DNA from: Planctomycetaceae bacterium
GTDB lineage: Bacteria; Planctomycetota; Planctomycetia; Pirellulales; UBA1268
Assembly (NCBI GenBank): GCA_947459185.1
Contig: CANHCU010000006.1
Span: forward strand, 424-64,423
DNA: 64,000 nt
Reading direction: 5' to 3'
Shown here: piece after piece, positions 1 to 7,075 of the stretch
Layout of the letters: every line of letters begins with the position of its first letter
Position numbering within the stretch: the stretch's first letter is position 1
Program-made: the position numbers and the translations under genes
The notes under the pieces: model-generated
Database searches by the model: none
The model's input: the letters and a program-made list of their open reading frames with translations, nothing else
Told to the model about the DNA's origin: nothing

Positions 1-178
1 GCGTCCGCTTCGCGTCGGCGAACAATTGCACGCCGAGCCCGACCTGCTTGAGATTGTTGCTACACGACGAACGCCGAGCCGACTCGCGGGCCGCTTGAAC
101 CGCCGGCAGGAGCAGGCCGACGAGCACGCCGATCATCGCGATCACCACGAGCAACTCCACAAGCGTGAAGCCCTTCAG
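1..178 (-). CDS. DUF1559 domain protein with prepilin-type N-terminal methylation motif; 5' part only, the gene runs off the left edge
   Basis: The reverse complement of 1-178 reads [59 protein letters not shown], the same architecture as the neighbouring 283-1464 gene. The start codon is unclear (no ATG; possibly CTG at 176-178). Confidence 0.65.
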   Translation of the reverse strand, partial: MKGFTLVELLVVIAMIGVLVGLLLPAVQAARESARRSSCSNNLKQVGLGVQLFADAKRT

Positions 179-282
179 CGACGTCCGACGACGCTATGAA
201 ATCTGGAGTCGCAAGCTCATAAAACCGCCCTCGGTGGACGTGACAATCCCATGGATCATCGCTAGCCGCAAAAGGGCTATGT

Positions 283-1464
283 TCAATAGCCCGCTGGAAC
301 GACTTCACCGCCTGCTCGTGTGCAAAGTGCTCGAAACACCTCAGGCGATGTTTCGTCGCCGATCAGTCGACACGAGCCATCCATGTTCAGAAATTGCGTG
401 CCCACCCTATAAGGACCGATGAATCCACCGGGGCTGCCCTGCAGGCTTGGCGTGCTGGACCGGACGTGCACCAGCACGGACGAGATCGCAGGACGCCAAT
501 TCCAACTTGGTTCAGCCGAACGGTACTGAGGCGACTCCGGCGCGTACACAAGCTCCTGCCCCGGCACGACTCCAACCCAACTGCTGCGAGTGTGGCGGCT
601 CATGCGTTCGCCAACACCGATAGTCTTGCTTGCCCCATCGCTTATCTCCGAAAGCCGAATTCGACTGTTGCGGTGAAACACGCCGTTGAATGGCTGCTCT
701 TCGTACGCCAGCGTGCCCAAGGATCCCACATAACTGCACACGGCGGCCTGACAAATGACGGTGGGAACGCTCGCATTGGCTGGCGTCGAGCCCGAATCGG
801 TTACATCTATAAGCTTTGGACTTGTATCACCGGGATCCACAAATACCGCGACCGGAGTCTCTCTTGCAGCCTTGTTGAGCGGGTCCGTGATCGGCAAATC
901 AAAGCGAATGCTTTTATGGAGCGAGGACTCCTCTACAAACGGCAGGATGAATGCAAAAAAGCTCCAGCCGGGTCCAGATTCCGGCACGGCATCATTCGAC
1001 CCGCCCGCCCAGCTACCGGTCGTGGTTGATTTGAAGCCTGCCGGAAAATGCCGATTGGCATCGTGGAATAAGTGCAGTGCTATACCGATCTGCTTGAGAT
1101 TCGAGATACTTTGCGTGCGGCGAGCTGCTTCTCGTGCAGTCTGAACAGCTGGGAGCAGCAGGCCGACGAGCGTGCCGATGATCGCGATGAAGACAAGCAG
1201 TTCCACCAAGGTAAACCCATTACGGCCCGACCTTTTCGCCAGTGGTGGACAGACAGCCGTTATCTCGGGTCTCGCGATAGAACCGGCGTTGCTCGACTTC
1301 GCAACGTCTGTCTCAACAGCGTTGCCACCATGTGATTTGATGCGAGCCAGTCGCCACATCGACTTTCCAGCGGCCGGGCCGGCCAAGGCGGCAGCCTCAG
1401 CGGCCGAGTTTGCTGGCGAACTTGACTCGCCAATACCCCAAAGATCCCCGTTCGCTCCGTTCAT
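283..1464 (-). CDS. DUF1559 domain protein (type II pseudopilin-like N-terminus), planctomycete family
   Basis: [53 protein letters not shown] is followed by a long DUF1559-type body. The start is uncertain; the ATG at 1357-1359 is an alternative. Confidence 0.85.
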   Translation of the reverse strand: MNGANGDLWGIGESSSPANSAAEAAALAGPAAGKSMWRLARIKSHGGNAVETDVAKSSNAGSIARPEITAVCPPLAKRSGRNGFTLVELLVFIAIIGTLVGLLLPAVQTAREAARRTQSISNLKQIGIALHLFHDANRHFPAGFKSTTTGSWAGGSNDAVPESGPGWSFFAFILPFVEESSLHKSIRFDLPITDPLNKAARETPVAVFVDPGDTSPKLIDVTDSGSTPANASVPTVICQAAVCSYVGSLGTLAYEEQPFNGVFHRNSRIRLSEISDGASKTIGVGERMSRHTRSSWVGVVPGQELVYAPESPQYRSAEPSWNWRPAISSVLVHVRSSTPSLQGSPGGFIGPYRVGTQFLNMDGSCRLIGDETSPEVFRALCTRAGGEVVPAGY

Positions 1465-1700
1465 CTAAGCCCTCCTCGTAGATAGCCACCAAATCAGGCC
1501 TCGCTCCCATTGAACGCGGCTTATTTGCTGGCTGGCTGTCGGGCGGTGCCCGCGGCTGGCTGGCGGATAACTCATTGCACGCGGCAGAAAACGCCGCTAG
1601 CATGGGCCAGATGGAGTTGAGAATGATTCTCAATACCATCTCGATTAAAGATATCCGTGGCTGCGAAAAATTCAATCCCTTTTTTTCGGTGCCTCAACAG

Positions 1701-1937
1701 ATGGCCAATGCACGCTCCACCAGCGGCAATCAAATGCCCGAGGAAGACTCGACGCCCCCTCATCGTGATGGCATCCAGACCTGCCAGCTTTGCGGCATTG
1801 AAGTGGACCCGAAGGGTGTGAGACGGACCTCTTCCCTCGCTCTACTGGGCACAAAGACCGAACTCCAGATTCTCCACAACGGCGAGGTTTACCGCCTCAC
1901 GCTCACGAGGTTCGGCAAGCTCATGTTGCAGAAGTGA
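1701..1937 (+). CDS. small hypothetical protein
   Basis: Open frame ending LTLTRFGKLMLQK. Its stop overlaps the GTG start of the next ORF (GTGA at 1934-1937). Start is 1701 or 1734. No recognisable domain. Confidence 0.3.
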   Translation: MANARSTSGNQMPEEDSTPPHRDGIQTCQLCGIEVDPKGVRRTSSLALLGTKTELQILHNGEVYRLTLTRFGKLMLQK

Positions 1938-2215
1938 ATTCGCGACCGACTTCTGGGACGCGAGATGCCAGCTACGACGAAGCATTGGACCTGCGCGTAT
2001 TCGGGAAGTTGCAGATCACCCGGGCGAGCCATGTCGAGCCAGACAAGGACGGCTGCTGGTGGGTTTCTATGCAGCCTGTTGATGGGCCGGTGCTGGGACC
2101 CTTCAGGAGTCGGACGGAGGCGTTGGAGACAGAGAGGATGTGGTTGAGTCGTCGCCAGCCCGTACCGCTCACAGATTCTGCCCCGGCTTCGCCTGCTCGA
2201 CTTCGGCATCCCTGA
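1934..2215 (+). CDS. small hypothetical protein
   Basis: 93-aa ORF coupled to the upstream ORF, with a non-repetitive composition (GKLQITRASHVEPDKDGCWWVSMQPVDGPVLGPF). Its 3' end overlaps the convergent gene 2169-2831. Confidence 0.3.
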   Translation: MNSRPTSGTRDASYDEALDLRVFGKLQITRASHVEPDKDGCWWVSMQPVDGPVLGPFRSRTEALETERMWLSRRQPVPLTDSAPASPARLRHP

Positions 2216-2831
2216 TCAGCCAATCGCCGCTTTTCTTGTGAAGCAGAGCTTTCACCGCCACCAATACGGTCGACTGACTTCCTTTCTCAATCACCTCACC
2301 CGTCACCCGCACGATCATTGCGGCGGTGGCCCTCGGAGGTTGTGTCGCGTGCTCTACGGCGACCTGCAGTTTCGTGATGACGACCTCCTTCGGCCGGACG
2401 TGTTTCAGCACCTGTTCGGCTGAGTCCCGTAGGGACCGTAGTTCTGGATCGAGAGCGGCCATGATCGTCGCCACGTCCTGTTTCTCCGCTGCACAAGCGA
2501 GCCGTGGGAAAAAGTCCTGAAGGTATTCGCGGTCCGTCACCACGAGCTGGTCAGCCACGAAAGCGCTGGTGCCTGCAACCACGAGAACGGCAGCCAATGC
2601 CAGTAGCGAAATGGTCTGCCGACGTGTCCAGATGACGAACGTGAAGATGCCGCCCAGTAGGCAGGCGGCGACAAGTGGCAGCGAGTCTTCGAACGGCATG
2701 GCTGCATCGTAGTCCGGCACGGGCCCGCCAGACGAGCCTGCCGGTACCGCAGTCTCGGCCAGTCCTACCGTCCCAGTCCTGGCGACGCAGATCGGGTCAC
2801 GACCAAAGGTGCCGTCTTCCGTGATGCCCAC
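2169..2831 (-). CDS. hypothetical membrane protein (two N-terminal TM segments)
   Basis: LPLVAACLLGGIFTFVIW and ISLLALAAVLVVAGTSAFV are followed by a soluble domain. The likely true start is MPFEDS at 2699. Confidence 0.55.
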   Translation of the reverse strand: MGITEDGTFGRDPICVARTGTVGLAETAVPAGSSGGPVPDYDAAMPFEDSLPLVAACLLGGIFTFVIWTRRQTISLLALAAVLVVAGTSAFVADQLVVTDREYLQDFFPRLACAAEKQDVATIMAALDPELRSLRDSAEQVLKHVRPKEVVITKLQVAVEHATQPPRATAAMIVRVTGEVIEKGSQSTVLVAVKALLHKKSGDWLIRDAEVEQAKPGQNL

Positions 2832-2889
2832 AGCCCCCGTCCAGCAACGGCATCGCAGGTCAAAGCCATCCGGGCTATCACCGCTCGCC

Positions 2890-2963
2890 GAAGATCGACC
2901 TCGTGGGCCTGCTCCGGGGGGGCATGGCGGGCGTATCAGGAGGTGATCCGGGAGGCAGGGTGA
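2890..2963 (+). pseudogene. C-terminal relic of a SprT-like (HExxH) small metalloprotease gene family
   Basis: It reads ...SGGAWRAYQEVIREAG*, matching the C-terminus ...VWRSYQEVIREAG* of the longer relic at 55480-55842. There is no upstream ORF. Confidence 0.3.
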
Positions 2964-2978
2964 TGCTCGGCGTCAGCC

Positions 2979-3290
2979 ACCGGCGCTCTCCCCTGCCCTT
3001 GCGAATGTTCGTGGTTACCGTTCGGCAGCGTTCGTAAGCTCGGCAGTCACCCGCGCTAGCACCGCCTCGCTCGCTGACGCTGGGATCCTCATGCCCGCCA
3101 CGAGGACCACCGCCCGGGCGAGCAACTCGATGCGATCAGCCGAAATCGCGTCGCATTTCGCGTCGCAGCTGGACGCGACCCCCTGCTTTCCCGAGCAAAA
3201 CCGCGTTCGTTCGGTTCCTGTCCCCGCCACTTTCTTCACGCCGGCAGGGCCATCCATGGCCCCGGCGGGCTGTTTTTTTGCGCGGCATCC
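2979..3290 (-). repeat. small-ORF-bearing dispersed repeat, copy 1 (most complete)
   Basis: Nucleotide similarity to 22694-22848, 32142-32336, 42215-42405 and 50568-50835. The minus-strand core reads CDAKCDAISADRIELLARAVVLVAGMRIPASASEAVLARVTAELTNAAER*. Confidence 0.75.
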
Positions 3291-3329
3291 TGCCGCGGGC
3301 CAGTGTTGGTAACTGATGCAAGTTTCGAA

Positions 3330-3376
3330 GAACCCGCTGCAACCTGAATGGTGGCAGCGGGTTCTGTCGTTTTGTG
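3330..3376 (+). terminator. candidate intrinsic terminator (perfect 11-bp stem)
   Basis: GAACCCGCTGC (3330-3340) pairs with GCAGCGGGTTC (3354-3364) across a 13-nt loop and is followed by TGTCGTTTTGTG. The T-tract is weaker on the minus strand. Confidence 0.4.
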
Positions 3377-3583
3377 CGACTCCGTGCTGCCGGATGCGGA
3401 CGCCTGCGGGGTCCCATTTCGCGTCGCAATGGATGCGCATTTCGCGACGCACTCTGACTGGCTCACCTGCCCCCCGTCCGCACCAGCCAAAGGGCTCGAC
3501 TCGCCGCCGCAGACGACGTCCTCAAAGTGGTGGTCGCGGGACATCAGGTAGTGCTGCGCCGCCACCTTCGGTGAGTGTCCCAG

Positions 3584-4417
3584 CTACTGGGCGAGGTAGA
3601 GCGGCAGAGTGCTTTCGCGAAGCAGCCTCAAAGCAGTCTCACCAAACACCCGCCGCAGGAGCAAGTTCTTGGCGCTATTACCGGCCACGATGAGGTCCGC
3701 CTTCCATGCTTCCGCGTACGGCAAGAGGTCACGGTCGGCACTACCACCCGCGTGGTCCGTCTCTACGGCGCGGCCATGCGCCGTGAAGAATGCCGTGGCC
3801 TTTTCCAGCCTTCTCGCCGCAGCCCGGGTATCGTCGCCAAAGTGAACGATCCGCACAGGGGCGTCGGTATACAGCCCCGAATGCACGAAACTCTTAAACG
3901 TCTTCGCACTTTCCAGCGAGCCAGAGTAGGCAACAAGAACACGGCGGATCGGTCGGTACTGTTCCGCTACGGCGAGGATCGGCCGCACTCCGTGGGAGAC
4001 GAGTCGCTCAAGCGCGTCTCGCGGCTCTGGAACCACGCCGTGTTCGAACAAACCGCGCAGGCCAAACACGCACATGTCGTGGTACCGAACGAGGTCGGCG
4101 GCGATTTCGAATGGATCTCCAGCCTCCTCGACGAGACAGTGCGTGACATGTGCGGCCCGGCAGCGGTTCCCAAACGACTCGCCAGCCGCTTGAATGTCCG
4201 CTGCAGCCCTTGCTATCCGCGTGCGCACGAGGTCAGCCGAGGCAGCGGTGACGCCGATGCCCATCGGGCGTGGACCGGTCCACTCCAGCCGAAGCGGATC
4301 GGTGATGGCGAGGCCGACGAGTTCCGCCGAATGCGGCTTCGCGATATCGATGGCCTGGCGAGTAACGCTCTCGGCAGTGGCGCTCGTGCCGAGTCCGACA
4401 AGAATGCGCTTAATCAT
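3584..4417 (-). CDS. universal stress protein, tandem UspA domains
   Basis: Two USP-like halves are visible (MIKRILVGLGTS...; RRVLVAYSGSLESAKT...ADLIVAGNSAKN). Confidence 0.8.
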   Translation of the reverse strand: MIKRILVGLGTSATAESVTRQAIDIAKPHSAELVGLAITDPLRLEWTGPRPMGIGVTAASADLVRTRIARAAADIQAAGESFGNRCRAAHVTHCLVEEAGDPFEIAADLVRYHDMCVFGLRGLFEHGVVPEPRDALERLVSHGVRPILAVAEQYRPIRRVLVAYSGSLESAKTFKSFVHSGLYTDAPVRIVHFGDDTRAAARRLEKATAFFTAHGRAVETDHAGGSADRDLLPYAEAWKADLIVAGNSAKNLLLRRVFGETALRLLRESTLPLYLAQ

Positions 4418-4511
4418 GTGTAGACTCCATAGATTCGTTGTCGAGCAGGATCAACTCTTAAATCATCATATCGACCGCTTTTGCAGCCCCACAGCCACTT
4501 GGCCGCCTCAA

Positions 4512-4868
4512 TCAAGCCCAGCGGAATGAGAGCCAGGGCGACCAGCTGCAGGAGATGCTCCGTCCTTCCTCCACGGCACCGACGATCGATGCGAAGTTGT
4601 CGTCGGCGACCACCATGTCGGAGGCCTCTTTTGTCACGTCGGCGCCTGTGACGCCCATGGCGATGCCGATGTCGGCGGCTTCCGGCGGTAGTTCGCGGAG
4701 TTGATTGAATCCAAACGACGTGCGGCGGCGATCGGCCTCCGTTTGGTCGAACCCGGTATCGACGCTCGTGCCGAGGCGCCCGACGATCTCCTCCAGTGAG
4801 AGCGAGTGCCAGGGAACGGCCATCGGCTCCTGCTCAACCGGCGGCACGCTGTCCACGACTGATTTCAT
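4512..4868 (-). pseudogene. P-type ATPase relic with a large internal deletion
   Basis: An N-terminal cation-ATPase segment ([43 protein letters not shown]) is fused directly to the hinge segment ([39 protein letters not shown]). The DKTGT region and the TM domains are absent. ATGA overlap with the upstream CaCA gene. Confidence 0.7.
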
Positions 4869-5863
4869 GAGAGTTGAAAGACAAGGGCCAGGGCACCACC
4901 GATCACAAGGATCACGAGCAGGGCATCCGGCTCGATGACCGCCAGCCGCCGGTCTGCATGGTAGAGCTGCCCCAGCACGGTGATCGCGGTGGCCACAATT
5001 ACCGCGAAAGCGGTGACGGCATGGGTGGGCGACACTGCCGCGAACAGGCTGCCTGGGTAGACCGCGTCGAGCGGCACGAACATGATCATGTTGAAGGCGT
5101 TGCTGCCGAACACGTTGCCGATCGCGAGGTCCACGGCACCGAGCCGGACGGCGGCCAGGGAGGCCACCAGTTCCGGCAGCGACGTGGTGACCGCCACGAG
5201 CGACGTGCCTACGAACGTACCGCCGAGGCCCGATCGCTCTGCGAGGTCAGCGGCGACTGCCGCCAATCGCGGTCCGGCAATCAGGAGCACCGCAGCTGCG
5301 ACAAGAAATGCAGCCGCCGGCATCCCGACGCTCCCCGATCGCTCGGGCACGCTTTCCGCGGCGAGCCGCGCCGAGATTCGCTGGTCTATGAACAGCATCC
5401 GCGCGCCGAGCAGGTATGAGATGAGCAACGCCCAAGACCAGCCGCCAACCCCCAGAATCGTGACTGCGGGGAGCTTGCCGACCGTCAGGATCGCGATGCC
5501 TGCGAGTGCCGTGACCGCAATCGCGAGTGTGGCGGACAGCGCATGTGATGCCGCCTCGCGGGACAGCATCTTTCGCCCGTTGCGGCGGCAAATGTCTATT
5601 CCCGCCAGGATGAGCAGGTTCATGAGACTGCTCCCCAGCAGATCTCCCGCCGCAAGGTCCACATGCCCCGCCTGCACCGCCGCGATGTCAACCGAGAGTT
5701 CGGGCAACGAGGTTGCAGCCGCGAGACCGATGCTCCCAACGAGCAACCGGCCGAGGCCGGTTGCCTCGGCAATCGCGTCAGCCGCTCTCGCAAGCACGAC
5801 GCCGGCGCCAGCCACGACGGCGGCGATGAGCAGGAATTGAATGACGAGAATGGTCATGAGCAA
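4865..5863 (-). CDS. sodium/calcium exchanger family (CaCA, YrbG-like) membrane protein
   Basis: Two alpha-repeat motifs ([11 protein letters not shown] and [11 protein letters not shown]) in a protein that is hydrophobic throughout. Confidence 0.85.
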   Translation of the reverse strand: MLMTILVIQFLLIAAVVAGAGVVLARAADAIAEATGLGRLLVGSIGLAAATSLPELSVDIAAVQAGHVDLAAGDLLGSSLMNLLILAGIDICRRNGRKMLSREAASHALSATLAIAVTALAGIAILTVGKLPAVTILGVGGWSWALLISYLLGARMLFIDQRISARLAAESVPERSGSVGMPAAAFLVAAAVLLIAGPRLAAVAADLAERSGLGGTFVGTSLVAVTTSLPELVASLAAVRLGAVDLAIGNVFGSNAFNMIMFVPLDAVYPGSLFAAVSPTHAVTAFAVIVATAITVLGQLYHADRRLAVIEPDALLVILVIGGALALVFQLS

Positions 5864-6877
5864 CGACGAGCAATGAGATGGAAAGAACCATCTGCCGTGG
5901 CAGGCTCCATGAGTTGCACGACCCCTTGATGTCGCGTCGCGCCTCCCAACTGAAGGACCGGAGCATGGCTATTAATCTGCCGTGAGCCTCACCTGGTCAA
6001 CCTACCCTGCGGAAGTGGTCACTTTGAGCAGCTCATATCGGCGTTGGGAGATCTGCTGACGGCGCCGGTCGGGTATGGGCCGAATCGATCGCGCCCCATG
6101 GGCGGATAACGATCAGGCAGTCACGAACAGGAAAACGACTTGGTCCGCGGCCTATTAGCCTCGAGGCCCCGCTCCACCTGGCCCTCGACCGCAAGAAGGG
6201 AAAGGCAGGTGTCTCGCCTATCCTTGTCACAGATGGGGCCGCGAGTTCCGCAGTGAAATCCAAGGTGTCCACGTTTCGCCAGCGACGCTTGTCGGAATGA
6301 TCGGCGAGGCAACAGGAACGCTCTCATTCCGGGCAGCAGGCACCAGATTCGGCGTAGCAAAGGCGGATCTCGAGTCGCTGCTCTTCGACTTGGAGGTCAA
6401 CCATCGGGATAATGAGCAAAAAGTGTTTCCAATTCCAACGCCCTACACCACTCATGAGTTAGGTACGGTCGGGGCGTACCCACACAATCGCGGAAAAACC
6501 TTCCGGCGTTTCGCGGTGCGGCCTGCTCAACGCCGTCCGTCTTGCTCAAGATGCTCGGTTCGTGGCTGATCGTGCTGTCCGTCACACCGGAAGGCAACTC
6601 GCTGTCCGCCGCAGCAGAGATCGGCGAGATTACCGACGCCAAAGCAGGGCATGAGGCCCAGTGGTGTGAAGAGTTGAATCGCTTTGCGGTGAGCATCGAC
6701 TTCGAGCGTGGTGCTCCTGTGCAGGTACTCGAACGGGGATTTCCGCACGAACAGAGCATCGCAGGGGTTAACAAACGTACTCAGCAGATCTGACTGTGAG
6801 GGGTGAAATAGGGTGTTCGGGCCTGTTGAGAGTTCTGCTCGACAGTACGACACGCCGCGTTCTTCGGGATCTGCCTT

Positions 6878-6922
6878 GTTCTCCGCTCACGGGTTCTCCG
6901 CTCACGGGTTCTCCGCTCACGG
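6878..6922. repeat. perfect 15-bp tandem repeat x3 (GTTCTCCGCTCACGG)
   Basis: Three identical units at 6878-6892, 6893-6907 and 6908-6922, ending 154 bp upstream of the P-type ATPase start. Confidence 0.95.
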
Positions 6923-7075
6923 TCAGGCAGCAGGATGTGTTGAAGCACGAGGAAGAAAGGTGTTCTGAATGCCACGGGCGAGCGGATAACGATCGGATAT
7001 TACTGACACGGCTGGCATTTCTCGTGCGGTTATTACCGCGATCAAGTGTACAAGTTCGCTTTCGAGGGATACTGA

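Noticed and set aside
3255-3283. A hairpin plus T7 run at the edge of repeat copy 1, considered as a conserved terminator of the repeat family.
   Set aside because: The stem is imperfect and the T-run is absent from copies 4 and 5, so it is not a conserved feature.
3015-3452. The 145-aa ORF spanning repeat copy 1 as the true gene, and a programmed frameshift linking the N- and C-terminal parts of the repeat ORF.
   Set aside because: The upstream part of the 145-aa ORF is unique to copy 1 and runs through a perfect 11-bp hairpin. The apparent frame switch between copies is explained by a 4-nt indel (AAAG) in copy 1, and no slippery heptamer is present.
6878-6922. A CRISPR array, or another CRISPR-like repeat anywhere in the window.
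   Set aside because: There are only three contiguous 15-bp units with no spacers. No repeat-spacer architecture and no cas genes are present.
6923-7075. A metal riboswitch (yybP-ykoY or M-box type) in the leader of the P-type ATPase.
   Set aside because: I could not find the conserved core sequences (for example a GGGGAGUAG-type element) by eye. An Infernal scan would be needed to exclude it formally.
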